Shown: positions 25,628 through 37,405 of the stretch, piece by piece
Position numbering within the stretch: position 1 is the stretch's first letter
Layout of the letters: each line of letters begins with the position of its first letter
NCBI GenBank assembly: GCA_977016875.1
Contig: CDRNST010000141.1
Coordinates: forward strand, 806,001-870,000
Origin: Pavona decussata
Lineage: Eukaryota
DNA: 64,000 bases
Reading direction: 5' to 3'
Notes under the pieces: generated by a model
Told to the model about the DNA's origin: nothing
Databases searched by the model: none
What the model saw: only the letters and a program-made list of their open reading frames with translations
Translations under genes and position numbers: made by a program

Positions 25628-25930
25628 NNNNNNNNNNNNNNNNNNNNNNNNNNNNNNNNNNNNNNNNNNNNNNNNNNNNNNNNNNNNNNNNNNNNNNNNN
25701 NNNNNNNNNNNNNNNNNNNNNNNNNNNNNNNNNNNNNNNNNNNNNNNNNNNNNNNNNNNNNNNNNNNNNNNNNNNNNNNNNNNNNNNNNNNNNNNNNNNN
25801 NNNNNNNNNNNNNNNNNNNNNNNNNNNNNNNNNNNNNNNNNNNNNNNNNNNNNNNNNNNNNNNNNNNNNNNNNNNNNNNNNNNNNNNNNNNNNNNNNNNN
25901 NNNNNNNNNNNNNNNNNNNNNNNNNNNNNN
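25628..25930. other. Assembly gap (N run)
   Basis: Run of N. Confidence 1.
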
Positions 25931-26149
25931 ACGACTGAATTTTACTATTTTAAATTTTGAAAGAACTTTACTATTTTAGCCGAGCAAGAGAGCTAGGATC
26001 AAGGGGCCGAGGAAATACTCTCCTACTTAATTGTCAGTTAAGCGTTTAGCACTACCAAGGATAAAATTTGAAGGCGATGTTACAATCTTACGTAGAATGC
26101 GTTCAGAGTGACTGAAAATGCATCTAAATACGGCAGACGATTATTGAAG

Positions 26150-27250
26150 CAAATTTGAACTACTGGAACCGGTTGCAGCGGACGTGGTTTTCATTTCGTT
26201 GGTCACACTCATTCGCCACAAGTCGAATCTTATCGGTTCTTGCATTATGGACTGGATGTGCAATATTGCCACATGCTAAAACCATAGCTGATTCATGTTG
26301 CTCAGAACCATGATGATGATGATTATTACTATTATTTCGACTTGCAAATAAAGATAACCAGTTCTTAAATCATCATCGTAACTGTTACGTTCTTCCAGGT
26401 ATTTGATTTGTGAGGATATGTCTTTGGTGTTCAGTCTTTGGTCTCTAGTGCTCAAAATAGATTCTTCGATATACTTCAGTCTTCAAGTTCTACTGGGAAG
26501 GTGTTTCAGTTCTAACCTAAGACTCTCACAGGAGCTCTTTTTCTTTTATTTCTTGGTACTTTAGGCGCTGTGATGGAAGTATAAAGTGGTATTTTGCGAA
26601 GCACTGTTTGATAGAAAGTTGCAAAACATCCGGCATCTTTTCTAATTTTGATGAGCACATCCGTCGTGACAAGCTGGTTTTCTGTAAGGTCTCCGATAGA
26701 TTGTCGGTATGGGAAAAAATTTTCTGCAAAGAACAGGACAAACTTTCTCATTTGTGCTTGGCACCGAAAACTCCTGCCGGGAATATCTGATCCTGGTCTT
26801 GTTTCAAGGCAATCATTCCATGGCATTAACAATCTTTCAATCCTCAGTTGTCGATGGCCTTTTGAAAACAAATGTTTGCACAGTCCATCTTAGTTCATCT
26901 TGTTGTACTGAACTTAGTCAAGCCAGATGCAACCATGTCTTCCTCTTTTACTTCTATATTGGACTTTTAAAATTTGTCCGAGTATGGTTTCGCGCTTTGG
27001 CGAGAACTTAGCAATTTCTGCTTGGTGTCGTTCATTGCCTCTGATAATATTTTGCAGTTATTTGTTGCATCTTTTACGCTGATAATTAGCGAATGAGCAT
27101 GGCAATGTGTAGGGGGAGCATTTTTCTGAAAGTATCTTGAATTTGCTTCGCAACACTCGATTTTTTACCCAACATGCAGCTCGGGCCATTACATGGAAGG
27201 TTGCAATCTGATAAAAGCATCTTTTATGACCAACACCACCGTGCCATATG
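26150..27250 (-). mobile_element. Decayed hAT-type (ZMYM1-like) transposase
   Basis: Frameshifted minus-strand motifs MLGKKSSVAKQIQD, PTHCHAHSLIISVKDA, KFSPKRETILGQI, FATFYQTV..PKVPRNKRKRAP, YRRIYFE, and a dimerisation-domain-like MNQ..HVAILHI..RTDK..VANE. Confidence 0.8.
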
Positions 27251-27627
27251 CAGTATTAGAAACCAAATAAAAGCACCAAAAATCTTCATGCACCTTCGGT
27301 AACTTATTAACTGCGCCTTCGGTAATGTATGAACTGCGTCTTTCGCCCCCAATCATCTACACTAGCGTTTTCACAGGTAGGGGGGTGAATTAGAGGCTCC
27401 AACCCACTCCCCCACGTGAGAAGATTGGGTCTCGAAGTCGGAAACAAAGATTTTCAGTTTCGCTTGGTTCAGCGTCTTTCAAATTTTTGTTTTACTTACA
27501 AAAGACTTTGAAATCCTAAATAAAAAAAAAATGACGATACTACGAAAGAACAAAATTTCTTCCATTATCCAACAAATAATCTGATCCCCACATTTTAATG
27601 ACACATCTAAGCCACTTAACAATTCTC

Positions 27628-27849
27628 TCAATGTTTCTTGGCGGGATCTATGTTACTTTTGGAGGCTTCGCAGTTTTCGTCGACTACTTTTTCGGTGGCG
27701 GTGGGGTCTCTGCGGTCCCTGTGCAGTCGGCCAACGCCGCGGCGTCGCTTTCTGTGCATCCTTCGCGCTCGCCCTTGGCTGTTAACGGTGGCAGTTAACA
27801 TCAGATTAACCAGTAACAGAACAAGTAAGAGATATACCACTTTTGCCAT
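27628..27849 (-). CDS. Secreted Arg-rich peptide precursor, copy 1 (73 aa)
   Basis: MAKVVYLLLVLLLVNLMLTATVNS | QGRARRMHRKRRRGVGRLH | RDRR | DPTATEKVVDENCEASKSNIDPAKKH; acceptor tcttctctctgcag 5 nt before the ATG; ATTAAA ~30 nt after the stop; ORF conserved in three paralogs. Confidence 0.85.
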   Translation of the reverse strand: MAKVVYLLLVLLLVNLMLTATVNSQGRARRMHRKRRRGVGRLHRDRRDPTATEKVVDENCEASKSNIDPAKKH

Positions 27850-28377
27850 GTTCACTGCAGAGAGAAGATCATTATGAGATATTAAAATGTAGAATGATCA
27901 CTTGAACCTGAAATAATCTTTGTAAGTTTATAACACGCGCTAATTTATAACAACTAATAATTGTAAATAAGTTTTCTTCTTTTAATGAAGGGGGAGGAAC
28001 CTCCGACTCCCGCTCCACTCTCCCCAGGTTGCGCTCACCGTTACAAACTAAGATGGCGGGGATTGGTAAGTTAAAGCACCCAAACGAATCATTTTGTATA
28101 GGCTTACTCAAATATGTCTTTAAATGGACAGAAAAAGATACCTTCTGCAGGTACAATGAAAATTTGCATTGGGACGTACGCTTATATAACAAATATTTGC
28201 GCAATAGCGGAACTACGTAAAACTAAAGTGATTGATAGTATAAAATATGAAGCAAATGAAATAATAATAATAACAACAAAAAATAAAATAATAATAATAA
28301 AAGGAAAAAATCTAGTAAATTTCTTCGCGAACATTGAGGCCATGTGGAAGAAGTGTCCTGCCTTTTGTGATTAAAAA

Positions 28378-28925
28378 GGCTTCCCTTACGGATTGAGTCT
28401 CGGTTAGAGTAGACTTTTTCTATGGGGATTAATTGCATGTCGTTAGCGGTGTGGTTAGGAGCGGTGAGGAAGTGTTCTGCGGCTGTGGTGGGTTTAGATT
28501 TAGTGTTAAGGTTATCTATGGTGCGGCGGTGTTCATTAACTGAAGCGGTCTTTTAAGCGTGGTTTAGTCTCTCCTATGTATTGTAAATTATAGCAGTTAC
28601 ATTGGATCATGTAGATTAGATTTTAGTTTCACAGGTCAGGTTAGATGATAGGGCGTGTTTCACCGGTGGAAAAAAAGGTGTAGTTAGTGAGACCATCGGA
28701 AATGTATGGGCAGGTGGCGCAATTTTAACCGCAACGATAGGAGCCGGGAAGGAGTTGTGGGTGGGGATTAGTCGAAATACAAGAAAGTTTAGCCGAAACC
28801 AGTAAGCCAGGTAGGTTAGGAGATCGTCTGAAGGCCACAACAGGTAAATTTGGAAAAACCTTTTTGCAGCGGTCAAACGAGAGCAGTAAATGGCAATGTT
28901 TTTTAATGATGTTGGAGATGTGACC
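28378..28925 (-). mobile_element. Penelope-like retroelement fragment (GIY-YIG region) in the intron of peptide copy 1
   Basis: PVVAFRRSPNL..LLVSAKL, CG*NCATCPYI, TCETK/NLIYMIQCNCYNLQYIGETKPRLKDRF/NEHRRTI, AAEHFL..NHTANDMQLIPIEKV; stops and frameshifts present. Confidence 0.88.
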
Positions 28926-29338
28926 ATTTTCTGTTCTCGTCTGACCGCTGCAAAAAGGTTTTTCCATGATGAACATATGTTCCGGGAATTTATAGCTCAC
29001 TCACGTGATTTGTTCTCTCGCGCGGTGATTGTTCGTTACGCGGCGTCGTGATTGTAGCACGCGGGTCTCTGACGGAGGACGTGGAATCACCTCTGAACTG
29101 ACTTGAATGATGTGAAATCAGTAACAATTTAGCCGCTGTCCGTGAAAGGTCAAAATCTCAGGCTTTAGTTGTCTGTAGTCCGAAATTCTTAGATTTTGCA
29201 AAACATCTCGGTTTACACAATAGGCCTCGGTGTCAAGATACGCCGTCGTGATGCTCACGAGTTTCACGAGTTTGCATCAAATGAAAGCCACAAAAAAGTG
29301 CCGGAATACAAAGTTTCTAAAATAAAACAAATACTCAC

Positions 29339-29484
29339 CCCTGCCTAAGTTTCCAACTTGCTTTGGAGTGAGTCAAAGCAGCAAGCAGTAGTTTCTCAGT
29401 ATTGCCGCGTAGAAGTGAACCTCGCCTCAACTTGACCAACTCAGCGAAATTGAATTCGAGATCCAAGACAAGGCCTCTTTTATA
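29339..29484 (-). promoter_or_regulatory. TATA box and non-coding exon 1 of peptide copy 1
   Basis: TATAAAAG at 29484-29477; ATG-free ~115-nt exon ending GG|GTGAGT at 29339. Confidence 0.65.
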
Positions 29485-30962
29485 TTCCGTTATTGCATGT
29501 TCAAATCATGTATTTTTTATCTTGACATGACAACGCTTCTCTGATCTGCGGGTGTATTGACAGGAATCCATGTGATCCCGGTCCCCGACCTGAAATGATC
29601 CCCAGAGTGAACCACAAATGATGCCGTGAAAAATAATAGAAATGCTCCGTTTACCGGGGAAATGAAAACAATCCATACCCTGTCAATATAAATAACACTG
29701 CGTATTGAGTTCAAAAAGTACATGCTGTGAGATCTCTGCTGTTAAGTCGGCGTTGATTTCCATTCAAACGAGTCAAAACACACGTTCGTGTCCTGCATTT
29801 TAGTACCAGAATGAGATGAACTGAAGAAGGAAATGACTAAAATGAACTGTAAAAAGTACATTTGACGCGATATTTAATTAAACGAAATGGTAAATAAGGG
29901 CAAACGAATGAGGATATCTGCTCTCTTCTGTTCCAGGCGAAAGAGATTTGGCAGGAAGGTAAAAGGAAAACTACATGCTATGATAATTTATGATTCTGTT
30001 TACCGTTCAAATTAAATGGGCGATAATTAATGGGGTAAACCAAGAACAAAACACACACTCCACTAAAGTTGGTAGACTAATTTTAACTAAGAAAAGAGAA
30101 AGAAAAGATTAATTGTCCGCTGTTCATATGAAAACCTGGTCATCACCGCCATAATTTCGCTTCTTGGTGATCACTTGTAACGGATTGTGTTTCAGTTCTG
30201 GTCTTAACCGCAGCAATCTCTAACACAAAAAGTCACGATGTAGCATGTAAAATGCAAGTCGAAAAAGTTAAGGCAAAGTTATCACGCCTGGGTAAAGACA
30301 GACTTAACTCAATTGGCAATTAGCTAATTAAGAACTAGAGCGGGAAAACGCGCACGAGATATTGAGAAACACAATTTGGCTTTTAATTCCTTCTAGTAGA
30401 AAAAAAAAATCGCAGTTGTTAGTCAAAAGCAAAGCAAACATTGTACTTAAAAACTACTCAGGGCCGGCTGTGTAGACATTCTCTGCGTCTGCACTCTTTC
30501 CCAAAATTGTTCATAAGAAATTGGCGCGTTAACTGAAATGTTCCTGTCATGAAAAATTTGTACCCTCCCCACAGGTACCCCAAGCTCTATGAAAAGCAAT
30601 GGAACTAAAATGCACTAAAATCGCGCTCAATCGCTCCATAAACCACACAGGAGAAAGCAAAACAGACAAGGGAGTTCAGGTAGGGATATTTTTATTGAAA
30701 ATTGTTGGTATTTTTAAATTGAAGCAGGAATGGTTTTTTTTTTCCATACAAATCCTTATAATTTCGCCGTTACGCAATGTTGTCCGTGACGCTCAAATTA
30801 TATTACAACACTCACGCAAAGGTCACGGCCTATATCTCTCATAGCACTTAGGGTACCTGTGCCCTCCCCCGGCAAATTAAATTCATATCCTGAAAAGATT
30901 TTGGAAAACTGGCTGAAATATCGCCTTCCTAAGACGCCAATTCAGTTCATATCATAGAAAGT

Positions 30963-31045
30963 TCATTGCCGTGTTGTGTGAGAGTTTCCTTTCCTTAGAT
31001 AGCGGCAATCCTCCAGTTCATCGCACCAGGCCCCAAAAGTCGTCT
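30963..31045 (-). pseudogene. 3' remnant of a coiled-coil/CRYLR gene
   Basis: Encodes TTFGAWCDELEDCRYLRKGNSHTTRQ*, near-identical to the ends of the ORFs at 34314 and 41864; the upstream part is missing. Confidence 0.9.
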
Positions 31046-31491
31046 ACCTTGCGAGCAGAGGCCCTTCGATCTTCCTAGATAAGTCGGGAAGTCATGCGCC
31101 TTCGGTAACTTATAAACTGCGCCTTCAGTAATGTATGAACAGCGCTTTTTGCCCCCAACCATCTACACTAGTGTTTTCACGGGTAGGGGGGTGGGTTAGA
31201 GGCTCCAACCCACTCCCCCACGTGTGAAGATTCAGTGGGTCTCGAAGTCGCAAATGACGGTTTTGTTTTGAATTTCGCGTCTGGTTCAGCATCGGGTCTT
31301 TCAAACTTTTGATTTACTTACAAAAGAGTTTGAAATCCTAAAACAAAAGAAATGAGCATACTACGAAGGAGCAAAATCATCTGCCATTGTCCAAAATTCA
31401 TACCCAGCTGATTCAAACCCAAAGTTTGATTTGCAACAAATATTCTGATCTCCACATTTTAATGACACATCGAAGCCATTAAACAACTCTC

Positions 31492-31701
31492 TCAAAGTTT
31501 CTTGGCGGGATCTATGTTACTTCTGGAGACTTCGCAGTTTTCGTCGACTACTTTTTCGGTGGCGGTGGGGTCTCTGTGGTCCCTGCGCAGTCGGCTACGG
31601 CGCCGGCGTCGGGCATTGAACATGCCTAGCCCTTGGCTGGTGGAAGTTAACATCAGATTAACCAGTAGCAGAGCAAGTAAGAGATATACCACTTTTGCCA
31701 T
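31492..31701 (-). CDS. Secreted Arg-rich peptide precursor, copy 2 (69 aa)
   Basis: MAKVVYLLLALLLVNLMLTSTS | QGLGMFNARRRRRSRLR | RDHR | DPTATEKVVDENCEVSRSNIDPAKKL; same acceptor and ATTAAA as copy 1. Confidence 0.85.
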   Translation of the reverse strand: MAKVVYLLLALLLVNLMLTSTSQGLGMFNARRRRRSRLRRDHRDPTATEKVVDENCEVSRSNIDPAKKL

Positions 31702-31818
31702 GTTCACTGCAGAGAGAAGATCATTATGAGATATTGAAATGCAGAATGATCACTTGAACCTGAACTAACCTTTATAAGTTTATAACACGCGGTAATTAAT
31801 AACAACTAATTGACGCAT

Positions 31819-31849
<31 letters not shown>
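31819..31849. repeat. (ATG)n microsatellite
   Basis: About 10 perfect units. Confidence 0.95.
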
Positions 31850-33046
31850 CCTTTCTTTAACCGCGGCAGTGTTTATAGTATATAGTACATAGGGCAGAAC
31901 ATTAAACATTGTTAAAACGTTACATTGTTACATACGAAAACAATAACATTGTAATGTTGTCAAAAATCCCAACTAGAAGGAGGCAGAGCAGTTGGTTACA
32001 AACGTCAAAGATAAAAAAGGTGCCTGTCTTTGTTGTATGAGCATCCCTCTGATAAGAATGCCACAAAAAAGCAAATTTGTCGTCGAAAATGCGAAAAAGG
32101 GCCAGTCCCCTACTTTTCCATGGCATTTTCAAATTTTCGTGCACGCTTTGATCGAGCCCGCCATCTTAGTTTGTAACGGCGAGCGCTTCCTGGAGAGAGT
32201 GTCTGAACTACCAGCGGATATTGGCTGGAGTACATTTTATCCGCTGTATAGCAGTTTATCCACTGGAAACAGCTATCCGCTCTTTAAACAAGTGGGGCCA
32301 GATGTTTCGTTCCCAGCCAATTTTTCGAGAAAGGGCTAAGCTCGAAACGTCTGGAATGTTTTTAGGTTTTTTTTGGCACTTCTCCACCATTTACTCAACT
32401 TTCAGGATAGCTTTACTCGCGGGGGGTGAGCAAGCTGGCGTTTCTGGTGATGACTCAGTTTATCTGTTTGTCAATGTTTTCAGCGTTTTCTTAAAAATTT
32501 TCAATGTCAAGCTGAGAATAATGGTTATGTTAATATCAGGAGATAAAAAAGGATAGGTCAGACTACTTGCTTAGGAGAAAATAACCATTTAGTGGTTAGA
32601 TGGGCTTTGCATCAAGGCTTGAAGTTTACCGTGTTTCTAACGTGCGCGCACTGATGAAGCAAGAACTTGTGGGCTGTGAGAACGCCTAATGCAGTTTAAT
32701 GGAACCACCATCTTTGAAGAACCAGGAGCAGATAGTTGGGTCAGAAGGATGTCAAATCGGGTTAACTTACTGACCCAACTATCCGACCCTGGGTCTCCGA
32801 GGACGTGGAATCACCTCTGAACTGACTTGAATGATGTGAAATCAGTGACAATTTAGTTGTCCGTGAAAGGTCAAAATCTCAGGCTTCAATTGTCTGTAGT
32901 CCGAAATTCTTAGATTTTGCAAAACACCTCGGTTTACAAGATAAGCCTCGGTGTCAAGATACGCCTTCGTGATGCTCTCACGATTTTGCATCAAATGAAA
33001 GCCACAAAAGTGAATCCAAAGTTTCTACAGTAAAAAAAATACTCAC

Positions 33047-33486
33047 CCCTTCCTTAGTTTCCAACTTGCTTTGGAGTAAATCAAAGCAGCAGTTTCCAGT
33101 ATTGCGTAGAAGTGAACCTTGCCTCAACTTGATCAACAGCGAAATTTAATTCGAGAACAAGACAAGGCTGCTTTTATATTCAGCTATTGCGTGTTCAAAT
33201 CGTGCATTTTTTATCTTGACCTGTCAACGCTTCTCTGATCTGCGAGTGCATTTGCACGAATCCATGTGGACCGCGCCGCAAATGATCTCGGGGCCGCTAA
33301 TGATCCCGGTCCCCAACCTGAAATGATCCCCAGAGTGGACCATAAATGATGCCGTGAAAAATAGTAGGAATGCTCCGTTTACCGAGGCAATGAAAACATT
33401 CCATACCCTGTCAATATAGAAAACAATACGTCTTGGGTTCAAAAAGTACATGCTGTGAGATTGACGAAAAGTCGGCGGGGATTTCC
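33047..33486 (-). promoter_or_regulatory. Exon 1, TATA box and kappaB-like site of peptide copy 2
   Basis: Donor GG|GTGAGT at 33047; TATAAAAG at 33178-33171; GGGGATTTCC at 33477-33486. Confidence 0.6.
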
Positions 33487-34313
33487 ATTCAAGTCATTGA
33501 AGCAAAATCAAAATAACTGTAAAAAGTACATTTTACGCGATATTTAATTAAACGAAATGGTAAATAAAAGCAAACAAATGAGGGTATCTGCTCTCTTTTG
33601 TTCCAGACGAAAGAGATTTGGCAGGAAGGCAAACTACATGCTATGATAATTTACGATTCTCTTTGCCTTTCAGATGGACGATGATTAGTTTGTGCAACCA
33701 AGAACAAACAAACACTCCACTTAGGTTGGTAGAATGGGTTTAACTAAGAAAAGAGAAAGAAAAGATTGTCCGCTGTTCATGTGAATCCTGGTCATCACCA
33801 TAATTGCACTTCTCGGTGATCACTTGTAACGGATTGTGTTTCAGTTCTGGTCTTAACCGGAGCAATCTATGACACAAAAAGTCACGATGCAGCATGTAAA
33901 ATGAAAGTCTAAAAAAGGTAAAAGCAAAGTTATCACGCCTGGGTTAAGACAGGAACAACTAGACATAACTAATTAAGAACTAGAGCGGGAATTCGCAAAC
34001 GAGATATTTAGAAACACAATTTTGCTTTTAATTCCTTTTAGTAGAAAAAAATAGCCAATCAAAGCTTAGTTAAACAAAAGCAAAGCAAACATTGTACTTG
34101 AAAACTACTCGGGACCGGCTGTGTGGACATTCGCTGCGTCTGCACTCTTTCCCAGAGTTTTTGATAAGAAATTGGCGCGTTGACTAAATAGACCCTTTCA
34201 TGAGAAATTTGCAGCCTCCCGTAGCAATTCAATTCATATCCTGAAAAGATTTTGGCAAACTGACTGAAATGTCGCCTTCCTAAGACTCCAATTCAGTTCA
34301 TATCATAAAAAGT

Positions 34314-35096
34314 TTATTGTCGTGTTGAGTGGGACTTTCCTTTCCTTAGATAGCGGCAATCCTCCAGTTCATCGCACCAAGCCCCAAACGTCGTCTTGCT
34401 TGTCCCAGCACCTTCACAGCCTGAAACTCTCACGTCTTTCAATCTCTGGTACTCCTGTGTTTCTTTTCTCTGTAATGGCGTTCTCATACAGCATTGGTGT
34501 ATTGGTGGTAACACAAGTGGTGGTAGTATGTCTGATAAGGCTCTTGGTCGTTTTAATTTCGCCTCTCCGATGCCCGAGTTGGTCATATGTTCGGTATCAT
34601 AAGCAATACTCACTCCATTATTTCTCTCTCTATCGATTTGCGCATGGTTAACGATAGAAGGATTTCTTTCCTTCGAAATCCAATTTACATATGCAGCCTC
34701 TCTCCATTTGCTTTCCCAGTAGCGCTGACCACCACACCATACCAAACTCGAAGACTCTTGTTGTGAATAACTTCTGCATCGATTCAGAGATTTTCCAGGC
34801 GCACCTTTGAAATCCGATTCTCTGCGCCACTGGTCATTGCATGTGCTTTGATTATTGACATTGCTTCTCTCAATTTTCTGCGATTCAGTTTTTTGCTGCA
34901 GAAGTTTCTGTTTTTGATGTTGAAAGTGCATCTCTTTCACCGTCCTTTCTTTGTTGATTTGTCGGGTAAGCTTGTCCAACGCCATTTTTCCAAAGGTGTT
35001 TCTCGTCAAAAGATGTCGCACCAAACCGCTTGATATCGGCTTCGATTCGTTGGAGCGTTCTTCTGAACGCATGCCTCCGATTTTCTTGTTTTCCAT
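34314..35096 (-). CDS. Intronless coiled-coil / LPPI / C-terminal CRYLR protein (260 aa), family member A1
   Basis: Intact ORF; N-terminal LLTRN..L.K...I.KE....E..F..QKQKLLQ motif shared with five other ORFs in the window; ILPPLVLPPI; DELEDCRYLR. Confidence 0.8.
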   Translation of the reverse strand: MENKKIGGMRSEERSNESKPISSGLVRHLLTRNTFGKMALDKLTRQINKERTVKEMHFQHQKQKLLQQKTESQKIERSNVNNQSTCNDQWRRESDFKGAPGKSLNRCRSYSQQESSSLVWCGGQRYWESKWREAAYVNWISKERNPSIVNHAQIDRERNNGVSIAYDTEHMTNSGIGEAKLKRPRALSDILPPLVLPPIHQCCMRTPLQRKETQEYQRLKDVRVSGCEGAGTSKTTFGAWCDELEDCRYLRKGKSHSTRQ

Positions 35097-36002
35097 CCAA
35101 GGAATTCACGGAGACTTTCTGGAATTACTCTTGGAACGCACCGAGATACATATATCTTTTCAGTTATCTTTTGTCTCACCAAATTAAGTTGTATTCTCTG
35201 TTGATATACACCTTGATACAGGCACAACCGGGTAAACAGTGGGGTTTCGCAACTGTCGTCGGTGACGCACTGAAACACATGCCCAAGAGGTAAAATTTAA
35301 CCAGGAGAGGGATCCATGCACGGAAGCTACAATTCATACCAATGGGAAAAGTCATCTGTCCCTGCATTTGCTTTTGTATCAACTGAAGGAAGGTTACCTA
35401 TTTTCAGTATTTTGAAAGTGAACGTGTAATAACGTGACACATTCAGTATAACAGAACTTTCTCCGTTCCCGATCGCTTTTCTAAACTGACATAAGGCTCA
35501 GATATCCACAAAAAACTCAGTATTATTAATTACCCTCTATACTTTAATTTATCGCCTTTTTAGCTTTATACTTGAGTAAGATTTTATCGACAACGCAAAA
35601 CTTGGACTTCGTTTATACTGACTCGCTCCAGCACGAGCTAACTGTTATTCTCAATTCAACATCTCAAATTCCGCATAAATTGGTATAAGCGTTCTATCTC
35701 CCCCTCCCCCCTCCCCCTTCCCTCCACTCACTGATACCCTATGGTGTGTCGCAAAAGCTCAAAATACAGAAAAAAGCCTGAGACTAGCTAGGAGCTACCC
35801 TGAGCTTGCTTGCAGCCTCTCTTACGAGGTTTCCAGTTTCGGTCGAAGGCTCTCCAGCCGATCCAAGTCCACGCGGCGCGCGAGGTAAAACCTCTTGTAC
35901 CCTGGTTAGCTAGAAGCTGGAGTGACTCTTGTTTGAACAAACTTTAAAAATACTGTCAGAAGTGAATGGGGCTTCTTTAGAGACAACAAGCGGTTGTTGC
36001 CA

Positions 36003-36550
36003 GAAAAAATTATCTGTAAAGAACAGGACAAACTTTCTCATTTTTGCTTGGCACCGAAAACTCCTACCAGGAATATCTGATCCTGGTCTTGTTTCAAGGC
36101 AATCATTCCATGGCATTAACAATCTTTCAATCCTCAGTTGTCGATGGCCTTTTGAAAACAAATGTTTGCACAGTCCATCTTAGTTCATCTTGTTGTACTG
36201 AACTTAGTCAAGCCAGATGCAGCCATGTCTTCCTCTTCTACTTCTATATTGGACTTAATTTGTCTGTGGTATGGTTTCGTGTTTTGGCGAGAACTTGGTC
36301 AGTTTAGCAATTTCTGATTGGCGTCGTTCACTCTCTCTTATAATATTTTGCAGTTATTTGTTGTATCTTTTACGCTTATAATTAGCGAATGAGCATGGCA
36401 ATGTGTAGGGGGAGCATTTTTCTGAAAGTATCTTGAATTTGCTTCGCAACACCCGATTTTTTACCCAACATGCAGCTCGCGCCATCACATGGAAAATTGT
36501 AATCTGATAGAAGCATCTTGTATGACCAACACTACCGTGCCAGATGCAGT
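36003..36550 (-). mobile_element. Duplicated part of the hAT transposase remnant (left edge of cassette unit 3)
   Basis: Near-identical to 26715-27250. Confidence 0.8.
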
Positions 36551-36821
36551 ATTAGAAACCAAATAAAAGCAGCAAAAATCTTTATGCGCCATTGGTAATG
36601 TATGAACTGCGTCTTTCGCCCCCAGCTATCTACACTAGTGTTTTCACTGGTAGGGGGTGGGTCAGAGGCTCCAACCCACTCCCCCACGTGTGAAGATTGG
36701 ATCTCGAAGTCGCAAACAAAGATTTTCAGTTTCGCTTGGTTCAGCGTCGGGTCTTTCAAACTTTTGTCTTACTTTCAAAATAGTTTGAAATCCTAAAACA
36801 AAAGAAATGAGCATACTATGA

Positions 36822-37306
36822 CAGCATTATCGTTCGCGGTCCTTTGCAGTTTTCACGTCTACTTTATTTTTTGGGACCGTAGGTCTTTACAGATCCGATA
36901 TGCTGTGCCTTTTAAGCATGGTTTTGTCCATGCTGTGCCTTTTAAGCATGGTTTTGTCCATGCGTTTCAATGTAAAGATGGTTTTGTCCATCTACATTCA
37001 GTTGATTTTGCGAGACAGGAATTCGATGCTTTGTCTGCTTTCTCCCTGAGGCACGTGATGTGGCAGCGCGTGGTTCGGGAGCGGGCAGGTTCAAAGTACG
37101 AAACCTGATAGGACATGGGTTTTGTTGCATTTTATTTGAGCTGGCTCTGTCGCTGGTTTCATATAGAACTGCTACACCGTGCTGACGAGTTCCAATAAGA
37201 ACGAAACAGCTGTCCACGGTTGCAGCCCTGGTTTGTCGGTTTCTGTCGGATTGTTGTCTCGCAAAGTCAACTCTTTCACGTAGTATCAGCCTTGCAGTTT
37301 GTGTTA
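36822..37306 (+). mobile_element. ~485-bp retrozyme/Penelope-type non-autonomous insertion with 10-bp target-site duplication
   Basis: catactatga at 36812-36821 and 37307-37316; absent from the paralogous sites at ~27540 and ~31360; internal 30-bp tandem repeat (~36900-36990) and a hammerhead motif. Confidence 0.85.
37171..37226 (+). ncRNA. Intact type I hammerhead ribozyme
   Basis: Stem I ACCGTG/CACGGT; CTGACGA 37182-37188; stem II GTTC-caataa-GAAC; GAAAC 37203-37207; palindromic stem III ACAGCTGT; GTC cleavage triplet 37212-37214. Confidence 0.9.
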
Positions 37307-37405
37307 CATACTATGAGGGAACGAAATGTCTGCTATTGTCTAAAATTCAAACCCAACGACAAATATTCTGATCACCACATTTTAATGACACATCTAACAA
37401 CTCTC

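Noticed and set aside
25532-25960. 142-aa ORF
   Set aside because: Artefact of translating through the N gap.
26512-27011. Several ORFs duplicated at 35910-36307
   Set aside because: Pieces and antisense frames of a frameshifted hAT transposase relic.
27628-27849. Protamine or nuclear basic protein interpretation of the Arg-rich peptides
   Set aside because: A clear hydrophobic signal peptide and a convertase site indicate secretion.
27598-27877. Plus-strand ORFs repeated at 27638, 31502 and 37416 (MAGSMLLL...)
   Set aside because: Antisense shadows of the peptide genes with non-ATG starts; the minus strand has the signal peptide, acceptor, leader exon and polyA signal.
29517-29723. Repeated ORF MYFLN...VNGAFLLFFT (also 33224 and 40694)
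   Set aside because: Lies in the duplicated promoter; frames and ends differ among copies, so similarity reflects DNA duplication, not coding constraint.
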